NCBI GenBank assembly: GCA_051047955.1
Contig: JBPGPT010000035.1
Location: 1 to 64,000 of the forward strand
DNA length: 64,000 bases
From: Cystobasidiomycetes sp. EMM_F5
Taxonomy: Eukaryota
Reading direction: 5' to 3'
Shown one piece after another: positions 35,683 to 50,389 of the stretch; positions within the stretch are counted from its first letter, which is position 1, and each line of letters opens with the position of its first letter. Position numbers and translations under genes: made by a program. A model generated the notes under the pieces. It saw only the letters and a program-made list of their open reading frames with translations, was not told where the DNA came from and ran no database searches.

Positions 35683-38611
35683 TCAAAGGTCAAACTGCAC
35701 ATCTATGAGACTGTCTGGCCTCCTAAATCCGAGCAGAGGATAGCCCGACATACTGATCCCACGGTACATACTCTCCAGGTGATGCTTTGCATCAGAAAGA
35801 TCCGGGAGTGATGACCCTAATTCCTTCAGTTGCCCGGTCCGGCGGTCCATGAAACGTAGAGGATGTCGAGTAACGATCCGGGACAATAACCTGACGTCAT
35901 CCAAATAGGCAGCCAGGCATGCCAAGTGCTCGTCGTACCGTGCGGCGAGAGCTAGAGACGGCGGTGCGCGAGATTGTTCTGCGCCATCTCGCGATCTGAG
36001 CAGAAAATCGCGGTGATGCGAGAGTACCAAATGTAGCCGAGGCAAGGCTTCTGCGATAGATGAGGGTATAGCAGATTTCATGGATGCTACAGACAGCAGC
36101 CGAGCAGTGTCAACAAGCAGCGATGGGTCGAAAGTGAGCGGATCGTAGCGAAAGTCCACTGCTTCCGCAGTGTGACGTATATCGTCGACCATGTCTCTGG
36201 ATGGGAAGGAGTAGCCCGTAGGAGTGCCTGGCGCCTGTGCTCTCCGCTTAGCTGGCGTATCCAGGGCATCAGGCAGGAATCGAGCAACAACAAGACCCAT
36301 TGACGCGGTCGAGGCAACATCGTCAGAGGTAAGGTAGGCGAGCAGCGCTAATTGCGCAGCATCTCGTGCAGTAGCTTCGGGATCAGCATTGTCCCAGTCT
36401 GTGCTCGTGCGCCATCGCATATTTTCCAGCGTCGATGATAGCAATTCAGCAGAAGTGCGCACGAATTTGTTTACGCGTTCGAGCGCAGACGGAACCTGCT
36501 CTTGGTATGCATTCCGCAGAGCGTCGAGATGACGCGTATCCCAGTTCCAAAATTGTCTCTGGTCGAAACCGCATCCACCGGGTTCAGAACAAAAAGTTTC
36601 TCGACGTATGACACGCTCATCCAGATCCTCGAGATATGCGATGATCCCTTTGGTGCGGCTTATGCGTCTTAAGTCGCTTGAGGCTGGCGTGCTGTCTTCC
36701 ATGGCTCGCTGACCAGAAAACAGACGATTTACCCAGCCTGCAGAAGCGTAGTCAATTGTGTCATTGCTAAGAGTCCCGTCGGTACCACCAGTATGGCTGA
36801 CGATGGACGCGTATAAGTCTTTTGTGATGTATATGTGATCATGACGTTCCCATGGCAGAGACTTTGAGTGAAGACCGCGATCGAAAGGTAGGGCACCCAG
36901 GCGCCATAACAACTCCAGCTTGCTGCGTCGTCCGTACCGCATGTCCGCTTGGTAGGACTCAGTTGAGTCCCATCGGAACCCTATCTGCGGTTCTTCCGGT
37001 GCGTCCGGCGTTGGCACATCCATTCTCATTGGGTCAATTTGCTCGTCGGGATCGTAAAGGGGCTGATTATCGGCCAACATGGCTGCGTTATCGACTATCC
37101 GTACCATCGGGATGGTCAAATAGTGTTTTGCTGTGGGTCCTTCGCCTTCCAGACTCATTCCTTGTAGCATGGCTGTAAGGGAGCTTGGGGTTAGGAAGCA
37201 ATTGCCATCGAGAGGGAGAATCCATCGAGCGTGCGGTAGAGAACGCCCATGATCTAGAGCAAAATTGCGACCGCCATTCTGAGGAAGATGCAATTAGGTA
37301 TTTCCCACATCGAAAACAGCTGCAACTCACATTGTTAATAGCATACAAATTCTTGTCGTGCATAGTATATTCGATGGCTCGCAAGCGAGTCATAGTGTCA
37401 TGTTTTACAGTTGAGACGCTAGGAGTCTTATTCTTTCCAGAAGGACTGTGACGGCCGGTGAGGTCTGCACGCGTATTGGCATCCGGTTGCAAACCGCCAA
37501 GACCCCATAGATTGCTCGTCTCCGTGACGCCGCCATCCCAGCGTAGACTCTGTTTTTCATATTCTTGCCATCGAAACGGTATTGTCAGAACGCGGCTGGT
37601 GGGTACGCGAAATTCTTCAAAGAGGTTTAGCAGTTCGTCCAGAGCAGACACGTCTGTAAGCCTGTTTAAGACATAGTACTTCTCCACACGAAGGGGATAG
37701 CTAGAAGTTGGGGAGGAAAGGAAAGAAAAGTCATCTTCGTGCTCGAGCATGAAGCGAAGGTTGCGTAATGATTGCCCTTTTTCATGTCGGGGCGGAAGAT
37801 CGTTGCCAATTATGCGATAAATGATGACGGAATTGCGATAAGGTTCTTCTAAAGTAGATATTTGGTTTGTATGAAGCGCTCGAAATGCCTTGCGTTGTAT
37901 TCGTGCTGTTGTGATATTAGGTAAAGGAGATATCCGGATGGCCGCAGCCGAGGAGGCGGTCTCCAGTGACGGTACGACGCAGTATGTGTATAGCGCGACG
38001 ATTGCAGTCGATATTGCAATGAAAGTGATCAGGAAGTAACGCAGACGGGACTGAGATTTCGTCTGCCATGTGTCCAAGTGGGACCAGTGGACTGAAACGG
38101 AACGTGTATGGCGGTGTCGTTTGCCAACGATAGTTGGACTGATGTGGGAATTGGCACAGTGCTCAAGTCCCTCGCTGCTGCCGTTCTGTGTCCGTACACT
38201 AGGTTGTCGAGCCCTCCGGGTCAACATAGACAATGGTTGTATGGGATTTGAGTCGACTGCAACTGCCACACAGCGGCTGCTGCTCGCTGAGGGTATCAGT
38301 TCCAAGGTGGGTCTTTGTGCGAGCTTTGCAGGCGAGCCATCTGATAGTGAGGAGATCACGCTGGATATAGAGCTGGATGACCGAGACAATGTGGAGAAGC
38401 TTTGCCGGAGATTGAGGGGAAGAGTGTGTCGTATTCTAGACTGATATTGCCGGTTGAGATTGTCATCATGCCTTCTGCGCCGAGGGGAAGGCGTCTCGGG
38501 CGAGAACAACTGATGTTGACGGCTACTCCGCTGGAACGGAGGTGTGGCAGGGGCGGAGCATGGACTGTGCGAGTTTGAAGAGGACGAGCTGGATTCGCTC
38601 GATGTGTGCAT
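35683..38611 (-). CDS. Type II membrane protein with putative glycosyltransferase-like luminal domain
   Basis: Disordered N-terminus, TM YFLITFIAISTAIVALYTYCVV, motifs YRIIGNDLPPRH, KNLYAINN|NGGRNFAL, WILPLDGNCFLT, EEPQIGFR, YGRRSKLELLWRLG. Confidence 0.65.
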
Positions 38612-39406
38612 AGTGAGAGTGGGATACGTAGCGACTGAGTGTAGTCTGTCGGGTGAGTGGGATACGATAAATATAGACTGATCACAGAATGCTGATGGTC
38701 GTTTGGGTTACGATGACTGCCAGAGTACCGTTGCTGCTGCCATGAGTTGGAGCGGGTGAGGGTCTTGACTAATACTAATGAGCTGACTTGTGTGTTTGGA
38801 TGGCGAGCCGTTGCAATTGCAAATTAAACGGTCCTGTCACCCGCCGCAGCCGTTGAAAGTCGATCGCCGTCGAGCAAGACGCGTAAACGAACGCGTCTAG
38901 TAGCTTTTAGAGATGGCACTGCTCTGACCATGCGAGTCATGGATCATTGCAATCCGCAAACGATGAGGCACCATTGATGATAGAGCTGCCTATGGTCCCG
39001 CAAGCTGATCTATAACACCTTGTTTACCGGCAGACGATGCAGCTGCTTGGCTTGTCGACAGCCAGATGGCGTACAAACACCGCCTATGCTTCTACAAAAC
39101 ACGTCTACAGTGCTTGTCTGGCCGTCATTGTCGTACAATTATGTAGCCAGATGTAGCCAGAACGCTTGGATATATAGCGCGTTTGATGAACTGAACGCGG
39201 ATTAACAGAGATCAAGCAGCGGCGCAACGGAAACGCTGTGATGTTAGTTGTCGTCTGTCTGTACACGATGATAGCGGCTTGTGCTATTTGCGCCGTATGC
39301 ATACTTTTGTCGACCTAGTATTGTACATCAGCACTGCGGTTGTTGCTCAATCGCTTCCAGGACATCACCAACAACGCCAACAATGCTGCGATAGTTCTGC
39401 CTCAGG

Positions 39407-41336
39407 ATGGTCACGGCTCCAGAGTGTCGAGCCATGCTCAGCGACACAGACCTGCTGACGGCCGATACGGATTTTGACATTGATGCTCCCCATACGCTCA
39501 GCAATCTGCAGCTCCTCCTGACACAGCTGCACCCTGATGCAAACGAAGAACGTCGTCTGGCAGCAGAGGTCATATTCTGGCGAAGGCAAGTCTGTAAACT
39601 ATTGCTGGTCAAACGCAAAAATGCCAACTTCAGATAACAGACGGCATCGATATCTAGCTGGCGTTGAAAACTATCTCGATTCAGAGTATGATGATTTGAA
39701 AGCCGTCGAGCAACGCAGAAGAGCTCTGTATGACCAGGAAGTCGCTCTGCAAACGCAGTCGGCAAACAATCTCAATGACGAAAGTGTCAAGCTCGTCTCC
39801 GCTAACGATGCGTTGGCGCATCCTCTGTCTGAAACTGCCGACGACATAGACGTGGATCAGCCACTTTCGAGTGACGATGTGCCAGAACGCCAAAATTTCT
39901 TTCCGCACGGACCTTCTTCAACCAGCCTACCCAGTGTTCTGGACAAGCCCCAAAGCGAAGATGTCGGGGAGACAGCGCCGTTTGCTGAGTCCGACAGCAG
40001 AATGGAAAGCACAACATCTCATTCGGTAGACGATTCCTACATGATTGTTGCTCATCCAGATCCACAAACGCCTGCCGACATTGACATTCGAAACGAGTCA
40101 ATACCTGCAGACCCTGAAGCCATACACTCTGTGGACGCATCTTACGAGGTTGAGGTAGATGACAATGATACCTTTGTCGCCGAGTCGGAGGATGAAATCA
40201 ATATACACGATCGTCCATATAAACGAAGACGAACTAGTAGCGGTTCAGCAAAGGACGTTCCCTCGCCTGATCGCAAGGCCATAATTACAGATTGTTCACC
40301 ATTGACGCACACCAATGACAGCTCACCTACCCTTCCTCCGCCGCTGTCAATAGAGCCTGCTCCTTTAGCACTGGAGCGCAATGACAGTAGCGGAAACGAT
40401 ATTTTGAAGGCTACAGAAAGTACATCGCAAGATGCATTAATGTCAGATCAAGTGGAAACTGTTCCAGAGACTCCGGGCCTTGGCAGCTCCCCTGTCTCCA
40501 TCGAACCTGTGGTCGATGCGACATTTACTCCTTCTACACCGTACGATGATCCCGCGGTTCCTAGCAGGGTTCCGGCCATCATACAAGAAGACTCACGCAC
40601 CAAGACAGAATCGAGAGGTGATGCATCGGGATCATTGGCGCCGGCTCTGGAGCCCGACACGGAGCTTGCAAGCGAGGTGACCGTAGATCCAGCAACGGAA
40701 GCCAACTCGGTGCCAGCAACGAGCGTTACTGCAATACTAGATGCAGGAATTCTAGATCAAGCTATGGAAGCTGACCCTACTGCACCATTGACCGTCAACA
40801 CCCATATGACCTCGTCAGACGCGGCTCCCGCAGTCGAGCATACGACCTTAGCATTGCAGCTCAACATTGCAGGACAAGCACCGACGGAGCCTAGATCAGA
40901 TCCTGTAGTCAAAAGCGGAGCCGCGAAGACGCAAACAGTACCGGCATCGACCAATCTTGCTCGACTACCGAGAGAAATGCTCGACGCGCTGATTTGTCTA
41001 TACGTTGGCGGTATTCCTCCGCATTTATCCGACGATGAGGTCAAATCGTGGTTTTACAGCAATCCTACCACGAGCATACCGCACCCAGTAGCCGTATGCC
41101 GCTCATCAGCAGCCCAAACTGCGCGGACGCACTATGCAAAGTGTTATTATCGGACACAGGAGGAAGCTCAGGCCGTCATCAGTTCTTCACGAATGCGTAC
41201 TATCGGCGATCCACCAGCCAGACTTAGTCTAGCTATAGTCAAACAGAAACCGGGCAAGCTAGTTCTGCATTGGAACGAGGTTGAGCCGTGGGCGGCGGAT
41301 CTGCTTTATTCAACAGTGACCGGGAAGGAGCAGTAG
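39407..41336 (+). CDS. Acidic disordered protein with C-terminal RRM-like domain
   Basis: Long ORF; CLYVGGIPPHLSDDEVKSWF resembles RNP2. First intron is probably GC-AG. Confidence 0.6.
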
Positions 41337-41503
41337 CTGGCGTGCATCACTTTAGTGATTGGCAGTCGTGCTGTCATCGTGATTTGCTGTTGTTGTTGCC
41401 AAACACGTCTCGAATTCTTCTGTTTATCGACGCGTCCGATCACTTTGCGCGTTGACTTTCAAGGCATCGAGCGTACTGCCTGTCTCAAACGTTTGACTTG
41501 ATA

Positions 41504-43752
41504 ATGGCTATATTGTCTATGGGTCATCCTCCATCACCACTCAGCCGGCCTCACAGCGGAGACTCGTCAAGTTCAAAAGGTCGCGACTCGCAGCCGAGGT
41601 CATCGAGCAAAGCAAATAAGGCTGGCAGTCATCACGCTGCCGGCCAAAATGGTCACAGAGAAACAAGTGCTGCTGCTCAGAAAGCTGCTGTGACCTGTCG
41701 TACGACGAGCGATGGCAGCGAGGATAAGGAGAATGGATTGATAGGCATGCCGTCAAACGCATCCACGCCTCGAAAAAGGCCTAGAGCTTCAGATATGCGG
41801 CTAGATACGAGAGCGAGTCTTTCTCCGCAGACGGAAAGAATAAATGCTGTCGAGAAAGCCCTATTGGATCACGCAGACAAGCCTCCGGCAAAGAAGCGTC
41901 GGAAAGTGACAGTACACGGTAGGCTGACAAGCCTTTCTCCATATTGCGGGCATGCTGACACAATCTGCACATCCAGTCGAGGTCGCTCTTCGTCCTGCGT
42001 CTCACAATCGAAGACCGCGCTTTGATAGTATTCGAATGGCAGTCGTCGAATTCATACACGAAAGCTTCGACTCACTCTTCACTGAATGCGAGATAGAGGA
42101 TCAAGACGAATGGCCGTTACTCATGAAGGAGTACATAGATCGTATAAGGATCGCCGAAGCCTGTACGACACTCGCAAAACTAATTGGAACAGTGGCTGAA
42201 ACTACGTGTTTGATCAGCGATACCTGCCGAGGTTGTGATCCTGGAAGACGCAAAGCTCAAGATACACATATATTGTCCGTCTCGCGCGTTCGTGATAGAC
42301 TCATTCACGGCCGCCCCTCCGGGCCAAGATTTAGAAGGTGGAGAACCTGGCGAAGACAGCGATGTCATGGCAGCAACGGTTGCACAACTGCCTAGCCTCG
42401 CACTGGAGGGCATATGGGACAACCTTGTATATGATGGCGATGTGAAGGCTAGGCTGCTGAATTACATCAACTCGACACAAGTCTTCAGTGATAAGCGGGT
42501 CGACTTCAATATCATCACCTGGAACAGGTACGAAACCGCTGAAGCCACACCGCTCATGGCTCTGACGAGATGTACAGAGTTGTCTTACTCCACGGTCCGC
42601 CGGGAACAGGCAAGACTTCGCTTTGTCGAGCACTAGCGCAAAAGTTGGCCATACGGATGACGGATAGGTGGGTGTGACTTACAGTATTGTCATTTAGTAC
42701 TGACAGCATCTCAGATATACGCACGGCAAGCTAGTCGAGATCAACTCGCATTCAATCATGAGCAAATGGTTTAGCGAGTCTGGCAAGCTTGTCCAGAGGC
42801 TCTTTACGCATGTACTGGAGCTCGTGGAAGACGAAAGCTGCTTTGTCGTTGTGCTCATTGACGAGGTCGAGAGTCTGACGTCAGCTCGGGCGGGCGCGAT
42901 GAGCGGGAAAGAACCTAGTGATGCTGTTCGAGTGAGCGCCTTTGCATAGCACCATCGCGAATTGCTACTGATTATTTGCGTGTTAGGTCGTCAACGCTCT
43001 CCTTACGCAGCTTGACAAACTCAAGAATAAGAAGAATGTGCTCGTCATGACCACGTCCAACCTGTCCGGAGCCATAGGTACAAATTATTTCTGTACGCGA
43101 CCGAATGCATCTGATCCATCTTCCAGATTCTGCCTTCATCGACCGTGCCGACATTAAGCAATACATTGGACTGCCTCCTGTGCAAGCTGTCTACTGGATA
43201 TTGTTGGGCTGCATACGAGAGCTGATGCGTAGCGGAGTCATTACGCAATCAGTAAGTTTCCTCTCTGCGAACGTACATGTGGCGTACTGACAGTATATTC
43301 GCAGCTTCTGCTCGATTGGAAGCCGCTTCAATCTCAGTTGTCTGGCTTTGGAACCGAGGACGCGAGAGATGGTCTAGCAAAGCAAAATAGCCAGCAACTG
43401 CTGCGACTCGCAGAAATCTGCCATGTGAGTCCGGCCCCAGCCAGACCCAACTAATTTGCAGACCTGATGTAGATATACACAGGGTCTGTCTGGACGTACT
43501 CTGCGAAGAATTCCCTTGCTCACTCACGCGCGATACTTTGCGAACGGACAAGGTCTTCTCCAAACAAACAGTCATTTCCATGCCGATTTCAATGGGGATG
43601 GGGCACATCCCGAGACAGACCTTATGGACGACAACGACTCTGATGACGGTCGAGGAGACGACGTCTCAGCGTGGTTACAAGCAATGCTGATTATAGCAAA
43701 GCAGGAGAAGGAGCAGCTGGAGAAAATTGAGCAAAATCAAATCGTACAGTAA
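41504..43752 (+). CDS. PCH2: Pachytene checkpoint AAA+ ATPase Pch2/TRIP13
   Basis: [74 protein letters not shown]. Confidence 0.95.
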
Positions 43753-43867
43753 ATTGTCCATTATTGCAACTTATGCACTTGTCGTTGCTATCTATATCGT
43801 AATTACACCAGGCGGATCCTGCCGTGTCGTGTGTACAAACGTCCATAGACATTATATAGCTGTCACA

Positions 43868-44527
43868 TCACAGCAGAGTGGCATACGCCAAGCTGCCTAA
43901 CGCAACCATCAAAGCGGATACATTAATGAAGAGCGTCCTGTGAGCTGCAGCAATGAACTGTTTACGCAAAAAGACCATTATCAGCTATACGTTCAATTCG
44001 GTACTGGGTTTAGCCTGCATACCGAATCATCGGGCGACTGAGCCACTCTGCCTCCTCCTGCGAGAGCTGGTCCAGGGGCTTGAGCGCTCTGTCCATCCAA
44101 TGCCGACACATCGAAATGTCAGTACTGTTTTCAGTGTCTGTTTGGTCAAGACCCTGTCACGCACCTGTGTACTAAATCCGCTTGCAAACGGCAACGTAGT
44201 CGGTGTGGTACTCGTTGATGTATGATTGCCAGATGCAGTAGAGTTACCACTCCGCGTAGCAGTGGAATTGCCAGACGTCGTCACATTTCCGCTAGTCCTT
44301 GAATCAGAACTGGACGTGGGGGCCGCACTGCCGCTGCTGGCACTACTGGTCGCGTTGCCGGAGGACGATGAAGATATCGTATTCGTATTCGATGTTGCTG
44401 ACGAAGGGGGAGTCGCGACTGGCTCTGCTCGACGAGCAAGCTGTGATGGAGCCGGATACGGGTTGGCCTGAACGGCCAGGGCCAAGGCCAGGACGCACAG
44501 AGCTAGAATGCGGACTAGTGGGAGCAT
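43868..44527 (-). CDS. Small secreted Ser/Thr-rich, probably GPI-anchored cell-wall protein
   Basis: Signal peptide MLPLVRILALCVLALALAVQA, SGNxT repeats, hydrophobic C-terminus LMVALGSLAYATLL. Confidence 0.7.
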
Positions 44528-44885
44528 TGAGTGGGCGGTGGTGTCCTCAAATGCCGTAGTGTTCAGTCAATTGCTGATAATCCGAACCAGGTCAGATTGT
44601 CGATGCCTAAAGTTTGGCGAGCGGTCCTCAGGCTGAGGCCCGGTCTGAGTGGGCAAACAAGCAACGCTGGACCTACGTAGTTGATCCAAACCAATATTGT
44701 AGGATGGAGCAGAGGCAAGCTGCGTTGTAGATTATATGCTGTCGGCGTCGTCGCGATGTTTGCATTCACTCGCCCAATTTACAGGTCTCAGGAACAGCAC
44801 CCACGTGGACTGTGCGCGAGACTCGAAGGCATCTTCTTCTGACCCTTCCCTCGAACTGCCATACTTACCTCAGAACTGATCAACC

Positions 44886-47039
44886 TTACACCCAACAGCT
44901 GCCAATACCGCCAATCACTCTAGCCCACCGCTTCAGCCGACCTTCCTCCTCGCGCAGCACCATCGGCAAGCTGCGCCGCTCATTTGGGCCAGAGCTTGCA
45001 GCCTCCAGCTGGCGAATGACCCTATCCTCCGCGTCACACCAAAACATGGTCCCCCGGACTCCTCCAGATCCCATCTCGGGAATGTGTACAAACCCATTGC
45101 TCCGCTCAAAATACCACTTGTTGACTGGATTGTCTGCCCGTGAACGCCATACGAGATCAGTTCCGAAACCGATACCCTCTTTTCCACCGTTCGGATTCAG
45201 AGCATCGAGCAAGCCCAGCCCAAAAGTTTCGTCGCGTAACGCTGTCCACAAAAAGTCAACAGTCCCGTCACCCTGGAGCGATGGCAAGACTGCAAATTTA
45301 TCGAGATAGCAGATAGGATGGGCGTCGGGATTCTCTGCATCCCTCTCGTGCGTTACGATGGCTGCGGCTTGGTAGTCTCGATCAGTACCTTCGCTTCCAG
45401 CGACTATGACAAAGTCCAGAGATCGCTCTAAACGGTTGTAATAGTCGTCGGCATTGAGCTGCTTTCGAAATGAAGCTTCCATGAGTTTTGTCAGTTGAGC
45501 TCGGTCAACCTGGCGCAAATCCCGAATAACTCGTATGGGCAAGCCTTGACGAAGAATCGTTGGTGTGTGGTGAGTCTGTCGTAACGGCAAAAGGGAATGA
45601 TGGAGGGAAGGGGAATGTGCTGGTTTGTTGGTGATGAGATTGGCAATGAGAGCCTTCGGTGATCGGTGCGAGACTATCACAGCTGAAGACTCCCGCGGTA
45701 GCTGCTGTAAGCACGATTGCAAGAGTTCTAAGTTCGCAAGCGATGTTGGGTGACTTTTATGCCAGATGAAGGTATCGTGAATGTACTGGTATTCCGATTG
45801 TAGGTTGATACTGAGGTGCGGATTGCCGCCACGGGCCGGTGACGGAATACCACCTTCCCGGTTGATGATCATCATCCGCAAGGGCGTCAAGTCTACATCG
45901 TCGACCTTCGTTGAGACTTGTGACGACTCAGATTTCACCGCTTCCTTGGCCAGCGACTCGACTAGTGCCTTGACGGCGTCATTGGCTGGAACGGCTACGG
46001 CAGACAGAGTCGCATCGAATGCTATCGGCGGAATGATAGGCATCTCTCCGCGAGATATAGCAGCTTTCAGGCTCCGTAGTGACTGTATCTCTATTAGCGG
46101 ATTGAAATCGGGATGCTCCTTTTGCGCAATATCCATGGCGTCAATATCACGCAATCGGAATAGACTGTTGACTATGGCACACGCTTTCCCGCCTATGCTC
46201 TCGATAGTCTGAGCAAGGTTGTTTGCGGCTTGGATGACCGCCTTGCGAGATTGTGTTGCTTCCGATCCCATGCGCGATGCGGTCGACCAATTCTCGTCGT
46301 CCACTACAATGATGCTCACCAGACCCAGTCGCTCGAGATATACGAGACCTTCTGCAATGCTACGAAGCTGGCGAGGCTCGAACGGTCCTTGAACCTTTAC
46401 TATTGCCGTGTGCTTTACGATGGGATTCAACAAAGACTCGACGAGTTGCTTCTTGTGAGCGACTTCTGGAGCTTGATCTTGTGCTGACGTTCTGTGAAGT
46501 TGGTTGATGCTTGAGACCGTATTTTGATCATCCACGAGACTCTGCTGGGTTGCTATTTGAGCGGCGTCGAGCAGCGGTTGCTTGGGCTGGGCTAGCCGCG
46601 ACTTTGGCTGGAATCTGTCTGCTCCGAATGCCTTGAGGTACGAACGCGAATCGCGCGCTGAGGGCTGAGCTCGCAGTATAGACAGTATGAATTCCTGCGC
46701 GAGATGATGTTAGACGATTGTGACGCAAATCCGATGCCGGTTCCCTACGCGGTCATCGTCCAATACTTCTGCGCTTGTGATTGCGCTCCTCATTGACGAA
46801 GGGCGAGACTGTGTGTACATATTAGCGGATGCCCAGATGTTCCCACGTTTATTTGATTAGCTGACTGAAACATTCGAAGATATCCAAGCCGCGCGAGTAT
46901 GCACGGATCCCGAGAAGCATCTCTGTAATAATCTCTTGGTCGGACATGCCCGCCCCAGCCTCGCTCGATATGCTACCGCTCGGCTGATCTGGACGATATT
47001 GTATGACTTGGTTGCCTGAAGATGCGGGACATGCTGCAT
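44886..47039 (-). CDS. ARG2: Mitochondrial amino-acid N-acetyltransferase (N-acetylglutamate synthase)
   Basis: Basic presequence, FILSILRAQPSARDSRSYL, IINREGGIPS, YLDKFAVLPSLQGDGTVDFLW, WRSRADNPVNKWYFERSNG. Confidence 0.92.
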
Positions 47040-47197
47040 TCGCTACAAACGGCGGGCGTAGCTCTTGTACGTGTTGGTTTTCGGGGTAATCAGGGCTGGC
47101 TGCAGGTTGGTCAGAGGCTAAAGACCAAGTCTTGAAGTTGAATGGCTGCTTTGCGGCTTGGATCCTGACAACTCGACACCCAAACCTGAATACAAAT

Positions 47198-48056
47198 ATG
47201 AAGACTGCCAGCATTATAATCGCGCTCGGCGCAGCACTCGTTCCGGCTGCTCTGGCAAGCCCAGCTGTCCCGCTGTTCCAGGATGCTCTCGACTGGACAG
47301 CCAGCGGGATATCGCACATCGGGGAGTCTCAGGACGGCGGTGTTGGCACGACATCCTCATGGACGTTTGTAGACTGCGGCGATGTGTCGGATGCTATCGA
47401 GATGTGAGTGAGAAATGCCTGGTTCTCTTGCCGCTTGGCTGATGCTCGGATGGGCTCGCAGCAAATCGCTGAGGGTGTACGTCAACGCCCAGCCAAAGTG
47501 GGACTGGAGTCATTCCGGCTGACACAGCACAACGACAGCGTCCCAGACCCTCCACAGCCAGGAAAGAAGATGACAATCTACGCTGATGGCACCGCAAAGC
47601 AGCGTATTGATGTAGGACTCGGCACTTGACTGCATCGACCGTGGTGTTGACATTTCGGACCGATGTATGACAGGAGGGCGCTTACGCCGACGTCGTAGTG
47701 AAGCTTGGGCTCATCAAGATTATTCAGAAGCGCTTCGATGTCTGCGAAGAGCTGTATGCTGGCATCCATATGTCAACGGTGGCAAACAGCTGATTATACT
47801 ACTTTCATTAGCCGGAACGCAAACGCAACTCTGCAATGCCCTATTGAGAAAGGTGACCATGCAATCATCCAGAGCGTAGACTTGCCCGCCGAGATCCCGC
47901 ACGGTAAGCGGCTACTTCCCCCAGCATGGCGCTCATAGCTGAATCGGGCTGCTTCAACCAGCCAAATTCGTTGTTAATGCTCAAGCATACACACAACCGC
48001 CAGCTAATCCTATGGCGTGTGCTACTATCATTATCAATTTCCTGCCAGGTCAATAA
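47198..48056 (+). CDS. NPC2: ML-domain lipid/sterol transfer protein (Npc2, PG/PI-TP)
   Basis: Signal peptide, WTFVDCG, VPDPPQPGKKMTI, GAYADVVVKLGLIKI...FDVCEE, LQCPIEKG, VDLPAEIP. Confidence 0.9.
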
Positions 48057-48372
48057 ATGCGATCTTCCATACCACGGAATATCGTAGATTCAATACTATT
48101 TCATCCTTTGTTTTGAACAATCTAGTAGCATATGCATGTGAGTTAGGCCGGCGTCAAGAGTGTTGGAATTTTAGCTGTCCTCAACAGCTGTACATGTATA
48201 ATGCACGATTGCGATTTCTCAAAATTCTCGGTCACAATCTATCAATGCCGACAATCGTCAAAAGCCGTCTGTTGAAGCTTTGTACACCTATTCACCCATT
48301 GATTGCTATTCGACACCACAAAACATTGAAATCATCGACTAACGCAAACAGCTTCGACCGCGATGTAGCGCT

Positions 48373-50389
48373 CTATGGCTTCCACCTGAATGCAGGGTGC
48401 TTCCAGTCAAGATCCTGAATCTCCTTGGTCGACAAACCAGCAAGTACCTGGTCGATATCAATCTTTTCACGTCTCTTGTTGTCAATCTTGAGCCAAAAGA
48501 GAAGTGCGATACTCGTAAGCAGGATGGTGGAGGAAGTGGCCAGGTTGAGACCGTTTCCGATGGGATAGTTGGGTGCATCAGTCGGCAGGAATGACCATGT
48601 AGAGATAAGACCCTGTAAAGCAAGTTGAGTCAGATCACCCTTACATTTCACTGTTACATATGTTGACACGTACGCCAATGTTGCCAGCCATAACTACCGT
48701 ACCAATACCAGCCGAACGAGCAGTATCGGACAGTGCGTTCGCAGAAGCTTGCGCATTGCCTAATGAGCTCGGAATTAGCCGTATGCACCTGAGAACTTTA
48801 CATAATCCACGTACAAAGTGCTCCGAATGGGAAAGCACCGGAAGCGATGAGGAATGTTGCTCCGAAGCGGACTTGGGGGTTCTTTGACGCGAGGAACATG
48901 ATGTATCCTGTCATCATCATCGGGACGGTCGCAATGTAGAACACAAGGCGACGGTTGAGCTTCCAAGTGAGGTATGGGATAAGAACTACGAAGAACGCGC
49001 CGCTGCAAGTTGGAAACATTAGCGAGGGAATCGAATTTTCCAGTGCATCCAAACGACTAACACTACGTAAGGCGGCACTGTTTGCAGCTGCTTCTCGATT
49101 GTTGTCTTGGTCGGGTAGATTGTAGCAATAATGGTGGGCAGGAAGAAGGCGAGACCTTGCACGGTAATATTGTTGAGCAAGAAGATGAACGATACAGCCA
49201 ATGTGTTTGGGTTGAAGATGCCACGTAAGATCTTTGGCTTGTCGAGAGTATCCAAGACTTCAGTTGCACCGACGTTCTCAGACTTGACACGGGCGATGGC
49301 GATGGCTCTCTCGTCTTCAGTGAGCCACTTGGCAGTTGCAGGTCTATCGGTAAGCGTAAAGTATCCAATAACGGACAGTCCCATCGTAATAATGCCCTCG
49401 ACCAAAAAGATCATTTGCCACGTGTGGACTGAACCGATTCCGTCAAGTTTCAAAATCCCAGATGCCAGCAGACCTCCGAACGCGCCGGCCAGAGGCGCCA
49501 TCACAATGTACAGAGCTAATCGGAAAACCAGCTCAGATTTTCTGTACCAACGCGACATACTATCGGGGAAAAGGTTTGAGTAACGAATTCGGCGGCGGGG
49601 CACGAGATGACTCACTAGTATGCAATGCCTGGCAACATGCCTGCCTCGAATATACCGAGCAAGAAACGCACAGCGGCGGCCTGACTGAAGGTGGAGACGA
49701 ACGCGGTGCACAGGGAAAGAAGGCCAAACATGAAGGAAATGAAGGGAATGTATTTGCCAGGTCCGAAGAACTTGCAAGCAAGATTTGAAGGAATTTCGAA
49801 GACAATCTATCATAGCTACAAAGTCAGCAAATGTTTTTTCTTGTTTCCAGAGCGGGGCGCTGATCTAGAGATGACATTACTCACGTAACTGATATAGAAG
49901 GCAGTCAAAAGAATGTTGTACTGGTAGCCGACCAGACCAAGGTCCTTCTCAAGACCAGCCAATCTCGCATTTCCAATGTTTGCTCGCTAAATAAACCAGC
50001 GGTCAGCATTTTTCGGTGTGAATTAGATAAGACTGTGCAGACTTACATCGATGAAGCAGAAGAGATACAGTATTGCGACAGTCGGTACGATATACAGATC
50101 AATCTTTAGACGGATACGTGCTTCCTCCTTTGGGTCGAAGTGTACGAGCGCGTGACCTGATTGGGCAGAGCGCGTCAGTGCGCCCGACTCGTACGTCGAG
50201 GCGCGCGTCTCAAAGCTCACCATACTGATCCGTAGCTGCAATACCGCGAGCTGCAGCTTCAGCAGCTGTCTCTTCGCGAATCTCCCCATGCTTGCTAGCA
50301 GTCGGGGCCATATGGTTGGCTTTCTCCATATCGTAAACCGGCGATTCAGAATTCCTGAAGCCGTTGCCATTCGCTGCGTGAGAATCCAT
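48373..50389 (-). CDS. MFS anion:cation symporter (Dal5/Tna1-like permease)
   Basis: KIDLYIVPTVAILYLFCFID|RANIGNARLAG, RFLLGIFEAGMLPG, WQMIFLVEGIIT, DLDWKHPAFRW. Confidence 0.92.
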
